Program-made: the position numbers and the translations under genes
Notes under the pieces: generated by a model
Seen by the model: the letters and a program-made list of their open reading frames with translations, nothing else
What the model was told of the DNA's origin: nothing
Database searches by the model: none
Source: Oculina patagonica
Lineage: Eukaryota
Assembly: GCF_052425735.1 (NCBI RefSeq)
Contig: NC_135758.1
Coordinates: 37,200,001-37,264,000, forward strand
Direction of reading: 5' to 3'
Length of the DNA stretch: 64,000 nt
Part shown: one piece after another, positions 25,737-39,412 of the stretch
How positions within the stretch are numbered: position 1 is the first letter of the stretch
How the letters are laid out: each line of letters opens with the position of its first letter

Positions 25737-25979
25737 TTTGTAAAATAGCGCGGTGTTGAAATTCGCTTTTTCATTGGCTGAGAAAATGACGTGTGACTGC
25801 GTTCAAGACTGGTCAGTCACTGCTCGCTCAAACACAGGCGTGTTATTTTGTACGGTTGTCTTGACAACCGGACAAGGAGATGAAGTTTTGGTAGAGAGAA
25901 ACAAACTGGAGTTGGCTTTGCATTTCGTTTTATCATAAAGTTTTTATCGGTCGGAGGGTTATTTCAGAGAGCAGAAAAT
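25737..25979. promoter_or_regulatory. Bidirectional promoter for SWI5 and ODAD3 with RFX X-box
   Basis: Divergent ATGs at 25736/25638 (-) and 25980 (+). The region holds the palindromic GTTGTCTTGACAAC (25855-25868), an inverted CCAAT (ATTGG, ~25773) and a CRE-like TGACGTG (~25787). Confidence 0.7.
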
Positions 25980-28900
25980 ATGTCTGAGGGAGCAGTACCT
26001 ATTACAGAAGAGATCGAAGAGCTCAGAAAGAAGCTTGCTCTTTTAGGTGAGCTCTTTAGATCGACCTCATTTTACGCAGAATGTGATGATTTAGTGTCCA
26101 CTTTGAAGTGGCTGGCTGACGATTTGTTTAGTACTGATGATTGCATTACTTGACTAAACTTTACTGTTGTGACAACTTAATACTGGTCTTTATCTTTTTC
26201 TTAATATCGTACTACACAATTTTTAAAAAAGCTTCTGACAATCTGCTCGATTTTTATTTGAGTTATTTCAACTATATTTTTTACTAGTATTGATTTTTTC
26301 TGTTCAGATGGGGACAGGAAAGCGTACTATGAAAGTTCACAATGGACTATGAAAAAGAACAAAGATACAATCGCTAAATTAAGGGAGAAAAATAAACGTC
26401 TGCGCTCCGATTTGGCAAAGAAAAAGGCGGTAAGTAAAGGCTTGTAACTACATGATCCTTATAAACTATCTTGTTTGTTATAAGGCTTAGGATTAACCAA
26501 AGCAAAAAAATACATGTATGTACTTTGTTTGACGTACACAGCTACAGAAATGATTCCTATAAAACTTTCTTATTAAACACCATAATAAATGTTTATTAAA
26601 CTATCCACTTATTAATATGAGGGACTGAGACTGATCCATGAAATGGGGTTATTATATATTATGAGCTATGAAGAGAGGCTTTTATGAAGGTTTTGCACCC
26701 AATCGAGTTCGCACCCTCTGAACACTAATGTAGTCACACTTTTGAGAAATATTCAGTGTTTTCACTCCCTAGTTTTTTTAATTTCATTTGGGAGTGAATA
26801 CGGCTTAGTGTACTCTGAAATTTTTGTGCAAACTTGGACAGTGCAAACTTGATTACAGTGTAGGTGGGAAACCTCTAGAGACAAAGAGACAGTTTTCTAG
26901 GGAGGTCAAGAAAACAAACTTTTCATTGAAGGAGGGGTGCAACTCCTTCAACCGCCACCCTGGATCCTCTATGCATTTCGATACGAATTTAAAAAATTAT
27001 GTACTCTTTTTCTTTAAGGGTGATGAACAAGTAATCGATGATGCATTTAAAGAAAGAGATCCTCAAAGACATTGTGCAATGAGAGGCATGTCAGGCAAGG
27101 TATGGCAATGCTCCCTCCACACATAAACCTGTCTCCAAACATTTTAATGTTTTGGGTCATTCTGCTCATGACGTGGCTGTTTTCTAGACATCAAAGCAAA
27201 TTTACTGGATTCACAGATTTTCAAAATTTTTATTATCGTTGACTTTTGGACTGGCACCAGTAAGAGTCTGTGACTACTCAAGGGGACAAACCCTGCAACT
27301 CGTCCCTTCAGCAAGTTATATAACTTTTTTTGGCCTCAGAGGTCAGGATTTGTTTTATCTATGGTGGAGTACGGAATTTAGCTGCTAGAGGAAACATGAC
27401 ACGAGAAAACCTATGAACAAACAAATTAAACAAGGTGTTATGGATTACCATTACGGTTTCAAAGTTTCACTGATTTTGCAAAAGGAATTCCACTCACACA
27501 TTAATTTTCAAAACTGACATTTTGATGTGTTTGTGTAAAAATCCTTGCTTAGCAAAGTGATCATGAAACATTATACAGAATTACTGATTTGTAACTTTAA
27601 TTTTGTTTTAACACATATAAGCCTGTCATTGATTTACTTGTATTAGTTTGTGATGGTTTACTGCTCTTAAATGTAGGCTGCCATCACAAAACTGGACCAA
27701 CAAGTGTGCGAGGCAGTGAAGAGGCTGAATGCTTTGAAACACCAGAAAAATACTCGTGAGAAGAAACTGGAACTTTTGCAGACTGAGTACAATCAGTTGG
27801 TCACAGATGCTGAGGAAGTGTCCAGCACAGATGCTGGAGAGTCAGCTGAAGCACAGGTATTGAACAAAAACTATTACCATAGCGTTCTTGTCCCCAGAGC
27901 CACTTGTCCTGGAGCCTATGCACAAGAAACAAGTTGCTCTGGGGACACATGTTTTGATTGGCTGGAATAATTTTAACCAAGGGAGTTTCAAATCTATTGC
28001 CAACCATTTTAAACTGTCAAAAAACAAAGGGATTTTAAGACGGCTCAATTTGATTGGCTGATGCTTTTGTTAAAATCCAGCCAATCAAATCATGTGTCCC
28101 AGAGCCACTTGTTTCTCATGCACAGGCTTTGGCAGCTAAGAAGGACAAGAAGCTCTGGGGACAAGAATGTTGTCATAGGTGAAATGGGTTATATAATAAC
28201 GTTACTTTTATTTCAATTTTATTACAGTACCGCTCAAAAGTAAGTTACCACCCTCTCGCGAGACGCGATTCTCGTCTCGCGAGACGAGACTCTCGTCTCG
28301 CGAGACGAGATTCTCGTCTCTCGAGACGAGACACTCGTCTCGCGAGACGCTTGTAAAAACTGCAAGTTCACGGCTCTAACTTCTCTCGAGATTTTAATTA
28401 CCCATTGTTAACCATACATGTAGAAAAAAGAAGCGAGCGAACATCGCTTAGCAAAGATTACCTGTGGTTGAAAACAGAAAATGTGCGTTTGACATGTCGA
28501 CCATTCAAGCGAGTTCTTTCTTCCCCGAATATCGCTTGTATTCCAAAGCAAAAGTCTTATTCAAAGTTGTATGTTTTAAATCGAAATCATTTCGTCCGTG
28601 GCTATCTAAATCACGGTTTTCAGTCAAGTAAAGTAACGCTTCGAAATTTATCGAGCAATCTTTGCACGACTTTCTGGCGGTAAATTTCGTCTGAACCCTG
28701 TAGCGGCCAAAGAAATTATATTTGATCGGTTCATTACAAGCCTACTTTCGAATACTTGTTACATATGCTATCCCAAACTGAAATTTAACCGTTACCAAGA
28801 ACTTAAAAGGCTTAACAGAACAAGCGAACTGCAAGCGAACTCCGTATTCGTAGTTACACGTAATGAAAATTATAACATTGACAAGTTGTTTATTTACACA

Positions 28901-31900
28901 GCATGTCTTTCGTCATTGTCGAAATGAAAATTTTATCCATGTTTTGCTAGCGTTGAAGACTTCGGTTTTTTTTTTCTTGTTTACGATATGTTAAGCTATT
29001 ACAGCCACGGAAAACTTTATAACTTGCTTCACGAGTTCCAGCGAACATTTTTCACACGCGAGCGGCGATGTTGGCGGTAAAATTACTGTAGTTATATTTG
29101 TGACGTTTGAGCACGTTGGCGGGACTCGAGCCGTAGAAATCGTAACACTGATTACGAATCCAGCGTCAAAAATAGAATTGAGCGAAAAAGAGCTATTTCA
29201 TTCCGCTCAAAATAGTACTAATCGGTAAAAAATCTAGCTGAACGGCAAATAAACTTCTCGTTGATTAGAAGCCGACATTTGCATAAATCACAACTTTGTC
29301 GGCGTTCGTCGCCCGAAAGATAACACATTCCCCGCAAAAAAGATTCCTCAATCTTCTGTGAAACTTTTATTTTAATAAACGCTCGCACTAAATGTGTTCT
29401 TTTTCATAACTTCACATTACAATTTCGAAGCCACGATTCGGCGGCAAGCGTGATGAAAGGTCAAGAACTATAACAAGCGTGACCTTTGTTTACACACCGG
29501 CGAAGATTCACCGTCAGATAAAGATCTAAAGACAGGAAAACCTCGACGGCAGAAAGATTTCGCTTTCTTCATTTTCGGGTCATGTTTGAAGCTAGAGTAG
29601 TGCTTTTAACAGGCGTCTTAACCTCTGATATTTTTTGATGGTGCTTTCATTCACGTTTTGCATTTTTGATAAGATAAATTCTTTTGCGACGCGACAAGTT
29701 TCGATTCAACAGCTACTCATGCTAGCACGCACGCAACATTTAATACAAACCCGTGAAGATGTTGCAGTGTAACGCAAGTGCTCTGCTTTTGATTTTCGAT
29801 TTTTGAGTTGCTTTAATTCACCATTTACATTTGTGATAGAAAGAATATAGTAAAGACCAGCAAAGCGACGACTTTCGATTGAAAAGCTCTCTTGAGTTCG
29901 CTAGCACACACATTCATCTCAAATGGAACTTTTCTTACCAGTGAAAAAAGACAAATCGATCGTTGCCAACAAATCAGCAATCTTTCCAATCAGGCAAAAA
30001 CTTCGAATTTTAGTTGACAAAACGGCGAAAACTCTCGCGAGAGATTAATCGTTTTCTCGTAAGATAATTGCCGAAATTTATGCCAGACATTTCCGCCTCG
30101 TTGATTCTCGCGAGACGAGTTTCTCGTCTCGCGAGACGAGAATCTCGTCTCGCGAGACGAGAAACTCGTCTCGCGAGAAACGAGACGAGAGGTGGTAACT
30201 TACTTTTGAGCGGTACTGTAATAGTTCTTTCTTGAATTCCTGATTTATTTAAAAAAATTTAATTGTTCTAGAAACTGCGTGCTTTGGAGAACAGTCTGGA
30301 CAAAATGAATCTGAAATGTAATGAGGCGAAGAAAATTGAAACAATCTATGAAGGTCTGTTGGAGCAGTTAAAGGAAGAGCGTCGCACCTGGCCTAATCAG
30401 CTGAATAATCTTGAGCGAGCCATTCACGCTCAAAGGGAAGAACTAAAGGAACTGAATGCAATGAACTATGACGCCCAGATCGCTCGAGAAGCTGCAAAAG
30501 CAGAACTCACAAAGCTGGAACAGTCCGTGTATGAGAGGAAAAAGGAAAGAGAAAGGGAATTAGCTCAGTATAAGAAACAAGCAGAAGAGAAGAAAGATCA
30601 TGCTGAGAAAGTTGAAAAAAGGGTAATCTGAGTAAATTATTGCTGTTTGTTAAGGAACACTTAATTTTTTTAAAAAAATTCAAACAAAATAAAATGTTAC
30701 AAGTAAAACTAGGACGATATACAACAACAAAAAACGGAAAAACTAACTACAGTATAACAATTCTCCAATACACTATCATACAGTTTTAAATACACTATGA
30801 AACAGTACAGTAAGGAACTCTTTTAATGATGTTGGAAATTTTCAAAAGAACCACTTAAAAGTACCACTTTGAGGGCATGCAATTTAATTCATTCTTTACG
30901 ACTTAGAGGTACAGGTATCAAAATGGTTGCATTGAACACCTTTTGCTCATACAGCTTTATCTCAAATGGTTAAAATTAAATGGCAATACAATCCTGAAGG
31001 AAAAAAGGTTACTTAAAAACGTTAAACAAAAAAAGTCCGCAAATTTCCAAAATATGAAATATTTATAATTTGTATTCCAAGTATTCACTGTTGGCATGTA
31101 CATGTAATGTAATTTAATATGTGTTGATGATCCTCTGTTTATCTGCCCAACAGCTGCAGAGAAGCTCTCTTCAACAGGAGGATCTCACTGGTGAGTCACA
31201 TATTAGAACCTGGCAACTGAAAAAATTCAGGTTGCTCAAATGGGATTTGAACGGGAGGGAAGCGCTGTGTTCTTTAGGTATAATTGCAGGGTGCTTGAAA
31301 GCTCTAATATGTAAGAAATCTTGGGTGCCCAGCTCTTAAAAGCTTTCACGATAGCAAAGTTATACAAGTCGTCCAAAGACGAAAGTAAGTCACCTGTGGC
31401 ACTCAAACTCTGCTAGAGCACAGCTTTGGAGGGGGAAATATTCTGGAAATTCTAGACCAAGTGCAGCTACTGCATTTTGTAACCCTTTTTTAGAAAAGAA
31501 AAATGACTTGCTATTCTCCAGATACTTCATCACTATCACAGTTGCTTTTAAAGTTGCCAGAATGATTTGTAGTTTCATTTTTGTGAGGTTCGTTTAATTC
31601 CAAGGGTTAATTCCTAGTCAAGACAATTTTCTGGTAGATGATAGCCTATTGATTTCTGAGAAAAAATGGCTAGAAAACCATACCCTTCACAGTGGCACAA
31701 AGCTATATAGCCCTGATATGGGAGAAGCCACCGCCCCCCCCCCCCCACCCCCCAGGTTGCATGTCCACTCCTCCACTATCTCAGCTTAAGCTAGCCACAA
31801 TCAGTGGGAAAATACAGTATGTGAGTGAATCTCATTTGATGTTACATGCATATATAACAACTTAAAATATTCTCAGACAAACAAAAGGGTAGTGACGACT

Positions 31901-34900
31901 CAAATTTATTTATATCTGTTCAGTCTGTTGATTGCTTTATGTGTCATAACAAACTATATTCTCACCTGCAAGCAAATAAACCAAACTTGTTTTCTTGTCC
32001 TTCAGTAGAACAGAAAGCAGTGCTGTCTGGGGAGGAACAAGAACGCAAGATAACCACATATGAGGAGGCCATGAACAAGATAAAGGACACTACAGGGGTG
32101 TCTGACATCAAAGAGGTGGTGCAGCGTTTTCTATCTCAGGGTGAAACACAGAAGCACTTGGAACAACTCAAGACTAACAACGAAAAGATGCTTGTGAGGC
32201 TGAAGGAAGAAAAGGTATTTGTAACAAGGGTGGGACATTTCGGATTTCTTAGTTTTCTGGAGAGGGTAGCAAAGAGTGGTCCGTGATCCAATTTCACGCA
32301 CAAATTTTAACCAAAATTCTTAAGTGTCACGTATACTTGAAACAGCAGAAATTACGAATCGCTTGTCTTTTCTAGCTATTTTCACATCTGAGGGTCTAAT
32401 TTTTGCCCTTTTCACGGGTCACGCATAAACGCTTTGCTACTCCCTCTGGAGAAACACCTCTCTTGAAGCTTCTTGAGGTCTCAACTTGTTGATTCGTGTA
32501 AAACTGACAAATTTACATTTGTTATAATATTTTTTCCTTCCTTCTTTCTGTCCTTTCCTCCTTTCTTTCTTTTTTTTTCATCCATTCTTTCATTCATTTG
32601 CATTTTAGGAGAAGCTAAGAATGGAGTATGAGGAGATGAAGTATTCTGGAGAAGCCAAGTTGTCAAGGTACAACAAATCTTGTTAAATGCTTTTGCATAC
32701 TATAGACTTACATGTAGTCTTCCTTTCATATTGTCGTCTTGGATTTTTTATTTTTGTTCTCACAAATTTGACTGTCAAGGCTGTACAAAACGCACAGCCA
32801 TCATATATACAATGTATGTCATATCGGGCGGTTATGGTGAACAAAAGATATCGTATTTACATGTACAATGACAATGTGTGTTGCTAAGTATTGTAAAGTT
32901 TTACGTGCAAGTTACCTACTGTAGGTTTATAAATTTACACTTTAGTTCTAGTAGTTTAAATTCAACTCATGCATGAACAAGCTAGCTGAAGCAGTGGAAG
33001 AAAGGATCTAACTAATGATTTATTGTTGTTTCTGGCTTTGAAACGTGATAGACCACGAATAAATATATTATAATAACGTCCTTTTGTGTTTCTATCGTAC
33101 AGTGGACAGAGAATGCTAGAAGAATTTCAGCAGCGCCTTGCTCAAGAGGAAAAACGGTAAAAAAAAGTTACTTGTAAATTGAAACTTTTTTGCATTAACC
33201 ACAGGTGCCTTGATATGATTAGCTTCCCTGGTTATTTTTTTTCTTTTTTTATGATGTAATTATGTGTTGTTAATTCGCTTTTTTTGTTTTTTAGTTGTAA
33301 TGATGCACAGGATCGTCAGGACCGAGCTAACAAAACTCTTGTTAACGTTAAAGCTGGAATTGAGCATCTGGCTGATAAACTGCAACACCTGAAGGCGGTA
33401 AGAACTCTTTGCATGTGGCTCGGTTTCTAAAACTGACAATAAAAGCAAAAGAAAAGAAAAGAATGAACCAATATTTGATCTTGGAAGGTAGTTAGAGTTG
33501 TCGTTAATCAGAGACCAAAGTTGTCAGATCTGGTCAATCACAACCACAGCAAACGCAAATAGCCTAAGTAACCAATCAAAACTTAAGGTAGAAACCTGGA
33601 ACCGGCATGCGACTTCTCCCGCGTTTAACATCGGTTACACGTTTTCCCGCGCTGGAGACGAGTTACACTTACACGTTCTCCCGCGCTAGTCACCACTTAC
33701 GTGTTTTCACGCGCTTTTCACCCATTACATGCCACCCGTTACATATTTTCCCGCGATAATCACTCGTTATGCACAATGTATGTTCTCCCGTTCTTCCGTG
33801 ACGCCAGCTACAGTAAAAACCCGCGTATAAGAACCTAACATTTAAGAACCTGTTAGGCTAAAATTTCATTTTTAAGCACCCTTCACATAAGAACCATTTT
33901 AGGCTAAAATTCTAAAACAGGTTCTTATTTTCAAAAACGAAAAAAATAATCTCAAAAATATAGAATTAAAAAATCTTCCAAAAATATATTTATAACACAG
34001 TCTGTTTTTAAAGAGGAACTTTGACATTTTATCATGTTATGTTGTTTTGCTTACAAGATTTATTGGGAATTAGGTATAGTGAAGGTTACAGTATAGGTTT
34101 GATTTTAACAGAATCAGATTAAAATAGTTTAGTATTTTGCTTACCGAAGCCTCCAATAATACTGTTATTGGACATTAAAGACCAGATCATTTAAAAATTC
34201 TACTTTATTTCTTGAACAAAAGTTAAGAACCTAATTAAGAACCTAGTTAGCCTAATTTTACACTAAATACCATTTATATAAGAACGTGTTTAGGCTAACT
34301 TGAAAAAAACCTAGGTTCTTATACGCGGGTTTTTACTGTATACTAAAGAATTCTTTATTTATTTATTTATTTATTTGCAAAAGAAACTTGTTTTTGCGGT
34401 TGTTACTTGTTTTTGCTTTCAGTCCTAAATGCAATAGTTTATGACGGTATTTGCTATCATGAGTATCGAATAGCTGGGCTAAAAAAAAGCTTTGATAAGC
34501 CATAGACATGTATTTACGAGATGAATGTTGAGCAATTTGTACTGAAGTCGAACTTTCGTTTGTTTAGCCCAAAGGTCACGTGCCTCAAGCTCAGTTGTCC
34601 CCAACCTCCGACGAGTACATCCTGGACTTACTGGGCACTTGTGAACAGAAGCTGCTCAAACTGATGGATGAGTTGGGAGGAAAGGATATTAATGACGTCA
34701 TGAAGGAAATGGAAGACGCTGAGGTAAGGCGCAAATTCTTGGGTAAATGAACGTGGGTTTTTCGCGGTTATTTGGCCGCCATTTTGTTGGGCAGGAAAAA
34801 AAAGTCAGTAATTACAGAGTAAAAAAGGGATTTCAGTGTCAAATATCTCCACCAGAATATAACTTCCTATACATAGACTTATTACCTCTCAGGAACTCGA

Positions 34901-35934
34901 TTAAGAAAGAAAGCAAAAGCAATTTGCTCAAACGTGCTCAATGCTTGTCAAGTATGACAAAGACTTTGCATTCAAATAGTCTTTTTTTGAGATATTCATG
35001 TCCTGCATTCTTTTGACCCGACTTCAGTAAAACCCCGATATATCCAAGTACTAAGGGACTGGGAAAATGTGTTCGTTATATCGAGGGTTCGTTATACCGG
35101 GGTTTGTTTTTTATACATTTTACTGTTAGTAACTTCGGCCGGGCCGAAGAGTATCGTTTGTTGTACCGGGGTTGTGTTCCCCTACTTATTATCGGGGTTC
35201 CGCTGTACTTGACTGCATTTGGTTCATCTAGGGGAGACTACAGGAAAGAGCTAATTGTGCCTGTTGTTTTGCAGTTCCGTGCAACAATGGAGGGCAAGCT
35301 GCCACAACACAACACCCGAGTTAAGCTACCCATGACTTCTGATCGACTCGCCGTGTATGACGGTAAGTTAGGGCCGAAGCGAAAAATTGACTTTTAGAGT
35401 TATCCTCGCTTTACCCTCCAAAAAATTTCCATGTGATCATGCCGATTTCCTCAAAGTAACTACGCTTTGTTCACGTATGACTCTGAAAGGCTGGTTCTCA
35501 TATGATCGCCCCGATCGTCTCTGTCGCTTCTGTCGTTTGCAAAGTCTGAGGTGATTGGAGCGAGCAAACTTTTTGAAGCGACAGAGACGATCGGGACGAT
35601 CATATGAAAACCAGGCTTAAGAAATCGGTCTCTTTCATCTTTCAATATTCGCGCAAACGTTTTCATTAATTATACCTTTGCTGCGGTTAGTGAGCCCCCG
35701 TAGGAATGTGGTGTAACGTTCATAAAATGTCGCTAAACTTGGCTGATGTCGGCTCACAGTCGTTCCGTACCATGTTGTTCATGATTTAAACTTTATTTTT
35801 CAGATGACGAGGATAGCGGCGATGATGAAGACGTTCTTTCCAGGAACGCTATTAAGCGCTACTCTCAACAAATAGTGGATTCCAAGACGAAAAAGCATAA
35901 AACTCGTAAGGGGAAAAGAAAGACGAAGCAGTGA
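25980..35934 (+). CDS. ODAD3: Outer dynein arm docking complex subunit 3 (CCDC151), ~545 aa, 13 exons
   Basis: Exons 25980-26046, 26308-26429, 27019-27099, 27677-27856, 30272-30622, 31154-31190, 32006-32214, 32609-32667, 33103-33156, 33295-33397, 34568-34723, 35275-35362 and 35804-35934 are all GT-AG and phase-compatible (1638 nt). The N-terminal [24 protein letters not shown] and the long coiled coils match CCDC151. AATAAA lies at 36032. Confidence 0.92.
27883..28169. mobile_element. MITE (CATTCT.GTCCCCAGAG family)
   Basis: CGTTCTTGTCCCCAGAGC...GCTCTGGGGACAAGAATG with nested hairpins; flanks TTACCATAG/TTGTCATAG. Confidence 0.7.
28225..30218. mobile_element. 2-kb non-autonomous Tc1/mariner-type element with palindromic subterminal tandem repeats
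   Basis: TA|CAGTACCGCTCAAAAGTAAGTTACCACC...GGTGGTAACTTACTTTTGAGCGGTACTG|TA, with ~21-bp CTCGTCTCGCGAGACGAG units at both ends. Confidence 0.9.
33605..33805. repeat. Degenerate ~35-bp minisatellite-like repeat
   Basis: Recurrent GTT(T/C)TCCCGCGCT...GTTAC units. Confidence 0.55.
33811..34338. mobile_element. Tc1/mariner-type MITE
   Basis: TA|CAGTAAAAACCCGCGTATAAGAACC...GGTTCTTATACGCGGGTTTTTACTG|TA. Confidence 0.9.
35025..35207. mobile_element. Degraded Tc1/mariner (pogo-like) MITE
   Basis: CAGTAAAACCCCGATATA...TATCGGGGTTCCGCTGTA with GTTCGTTATA repeats. Confidence 0.55.
35487..35618. mobile_element. Short hairpin MITE (Harbinger-like)
   Basis: AAGGCTGGTTCTCATATGATCG...CGATCATATGAAAACCAGGCTT with ~45-bp arms. 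Confidence 0.7.
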
Positions 35935-36738
35935 ACACTCATTACAATCTGCGTTACTTTTTATTTGGACTGTTCGTAAAATTTGCTTACATTTTAACTA
36001 CGTTAGAGGCTATTTCTTGTATTATACCACCAATAAAGTAAAGTTATAACTAAGTGGACTCGATTTATTCATGTCTTTTGAGTTCCTTGTCTAACTTGCG
36101 AGGTCCTTCACGACACGAAAACAAAACTTTACTCTGGTGTAAAGCTTAAGTAAAGCTGGGGTAAATTTGGAATTTATTCGGCTTAACGCAATCTTTACAC
36201 TCATGTTTAAAGATTGCTTAAAGAGACTTAAAATTTTAAGCGAACTTTTAAGTTCGCTTAAAATTGATAGCTTTAAGTTGGATGAACAACTTTAAAGAGA
36301 TTTAAGCCACCTTCATTTTTATACTGTGAAGCTTTCTTACGGCTTAAGTTTCCCTCCAGTCAACTCGAAGCCTCGTTGGGCAGCCGTTACTTAGGTCGCT
36401 GCGCAACGCAAGCTCTTCTCCTCCCCTGGCTCAAAAACAGAAAGTGGCTTGAGCTTTAGATTACGAAAATATGACATTATTTTTTTTTCACTTAAGAGTT
36501 AACCTGGCTCAAACATCTTACTAGGTCCATAAGGCCTCGAAAGCCCCAAATTTGTCTGCAAGTGTCCCCCAAATCCACGCTTAGTCACCTTACCTGGCTT
36601 CTACAGGTTGCCGTGTGTTTTTTATCCAATAATTTGTAAAATGCGCCGCCCCTAACTCGCCCCCTTTGATTGCCATATGCATTCCTTTTAATCTTAGTTG
36701 CTACACAGAGACAATCTTCTGGCAACTCCCACCTTGAC

Positions 36739-37183
36739 CAGGGTTGCCACGGTCAGGGAAAAACAGGAAAAGTCAGGAATTTTGCAAAAGGTCAGGGGAA
36801 ATCTTAGTTCTTGTCCAAGGCAGGGAATTTGACTGCCATGCGTTCAAAATCCCGTAAAAAACTAGACTGTCCACAGCCTCTATATTTTTTAACGCAAAAT
36901 GCTTTTTCCGCCTTGCGCTGGCGTCTAGTTCTCTGGCCGTTCTCAACGCGCGCTCATCGATCGAAAAAACACGAAAAAATAGAGGGCTGTAGACAGTCTA
37001 GTAAAAAACGTAAAGAGATCGAAAATGAAGAGAAGAATATCGATGGTCTGTAGAAGAAGCTGAAGCAAATGTAAAAGTGGATTTGGCTTATTTGATAATT
37101 CGCCTAATGCAAGGTCAGTGAAAATTGTTTTCAGGTCCGGGAAAAGTCAGGAATTTTTGGGGGTCTAATGAGTGGCAACCCTG
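36739..37183. mobile_element. hAT-like MITE containing a nested TAG...CTA MITE (36863-37000)
   Basis: The outer element is CAGGGTTGCCAC...GTGGCAACCCTG with AAAAGTCAGGAA repeats. The inner element is TAGACTGTCCACAGCC...GGCTGTAGACAGTCTA with perfect 9-bp TSD GTAAAAAAC. Confidence 0.8.
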
Positions 37184-38559
37184 TAATGACAATGGACTAC
37201 ATTGTACGTTGGAGGAAATTCATGCATACGGTTTCATTCAGTGTTCCTTTACCCTGATCCTAGAGGTTTTCTGAAAACCCGGATTCATGCGAATTTTGCT
37301 TCCAGTTTTGCAACGTTTAAGTGAGGTTTTCTGTTTATATATTGCCCTTTAGTATGATTAACTTTAGTTAATCTCAAACTCTCCTGAAGACAATTAGATT
37401 ATGAGCTCGAGATTTTCTTATGAGGTGATATCATCTCATAAAATTAACCTAATAGATATCTCCTTATAGAAATCGAGAGCGCGGAATAGTAGCCTACTAA
37501 ATTTCCTTCAAACAACGAAATCCAATTTAAGTTTTAAAGTCGTGCATTAAACAATGACTGTCCTTTAAGTCTTCCCGGGAATTGAATTGTTATGAAGCTT
37601 AATATTATTTTTAGAATTCAATGATTTTACTTCATGATCAATTGTTTATAATTCTGTAGCTACCGAGAAAGCCTCGTGACTCAAGGGCTCGACAGCCCAC
37701 ACAAGTTGTTGAACAATATCCGAACAATATTTGCTTCGAACAGATTTGTGATCTAGAGCCCTGGTGCGTCTTCCACGGCTAGTTCCCCAGCATTTCAACA
37801 AAAGTATCAAGTGATCTTTCTAAATCTTCCTCCGAAGCTTCATGAGAAACAACAAAACGTCGCCACTTTGTAGACGGACCTCCAGCCACCGCACAGTAAT
37901 GACGAGACAGTGAACGATGGCTCAGACAGACTACAGCATGAAAAATTAATTAGTACAAAACACACACATTTGAACAAAAGAAATTAAAACCTTGTTTAAC
38001 TTTTATTTCCTGGATTAGCGTTAATCAGCTTTTGCACGACAGGGCCCCTGCTGTTGCTGTTACCTACTACACAGATAAGTAACAACGCCCAACAACGCCC
38101 AAAATGATGTAAACAGTGCCCACGAGTGAAATCTAAGTTACGCTAACTCGGCCTTGCATTTTTTCTTGGGCTTTGTTTTCGTTAGGGAAGTGGTCATAAC
38201 AAGTGTACTCGACGAGGACCTACCTTGTTTAGGGGTAGGGGGCTTTGCTGATTAGCCAAATGGACAAAATTTATTGGCCTCAAAATTCAAGTTGGGACTT
38301 TCATATTAGGTGTGCATGAAGCTTGCATTGCTGGAGAAATGGCACAAGGAGGTTTGAATCTTTTTCTTAGTTTCTACTCTTGATAGAGTGGAGGCTATAT
38401 AAACAAAACACCATCTTTTAGGGTGGGGAGGGGGGGGTTGGTACATAAAGAGACCACCTGTCTTTTTGCAGAGTGGTGGGTCCTGTTTGAGTACAATAGT
38501 TTTGACCATTTCCCTAAGTTTATCTTCGGTAAGAGAAATTAATCATTAGCTATGCCATA

Positions 38560-38830
38560 TTATTAAAAACTACCAATGGTATATTGCAATTCCTGAGTTT
38601 TGATTGGTTAACAGACAATGGTATATGAACCCATATACACCATTGACCACAAATATGGTAGCCAATACGCGTCAACGAAAATAGCCGGGGAGCTCAAATA
38701 TTGCAATTCTTTGGGCGTTTTTAATAAAACAATTATTCCACTCACGCTTGTTGGATATGGGATCGTTATAGCCAACTCGGTGCGTACTATCTCATATCCA
38801 ACGCGCGCTCATAGAATAATTGTTAAATAT
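38560..38830. mobile_element. Non-autonomous Crypton-like element with terminal hairpin (second copy at ~53838-54112)
   Basis: TTATTCCACTCACGCTTGTTGGATATG...CATATCCAACGCGCGCTCAT.GAATAATTGTTAAATA forms a terminal hairpin. It is present in both duplicate copies, so it predates the duplication. Confidence 0.55.
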
Positions 38831-39412
38831 ACGGTAGCTGGTCATCGCCGCATAACGCGAATTTTTTTCCGCGGAATTTTAAACAGACCTTTAAAAACAT
38901 TTTTTTGAAAATTAAATCCTCGCAAGAATAAAACACATTAGGGTAATTTATCAGACAACAGTAGAGTGTAGCTAATTGTCGAGGGTCGATCTTTACAATC
39001 TATCGCTCTACTTTTTACAGTTGATCTCAATCTTACGTTTTTCTCTTGACAGATTTATAAGTACCTTATACATGTAACTGAACACGAAATTTTTATTTGT
39101 CGCCTTTTTTTACGCACGCAAATTTGATGTCGGCAAGATAACGAAAGTCAATTACAAGTCGCGAGTCGAAAATTTCGTACAAAAACCTTCACCTTTACAA
39201 CCTTTCAAATTATTGCGGCGAAGGTTAATGAGACTTTGATCACACACGCTGTGTTTATGCTAATTAATTCAGTGTTATTTAAAGAGAGTCTCCAGATGCT
39301 TATCCCGGCTTGTGCAACGCGTAGCTGGCTCGCATGCCGCATTCCTCCGAATCGTCAGCTTGTTTGAATGAACTGGAGTCGTCTGAAATATGTAACCATG
39401 GTAACGGCTTCT

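Noticed and set aside
28254-28350. Regularly spaced palindromic repeats resembling a CRISPR array
   Set aside because: No unique spacers, eukaryotic intron context, and mirrored at the other end of a TA-flanked transposon.
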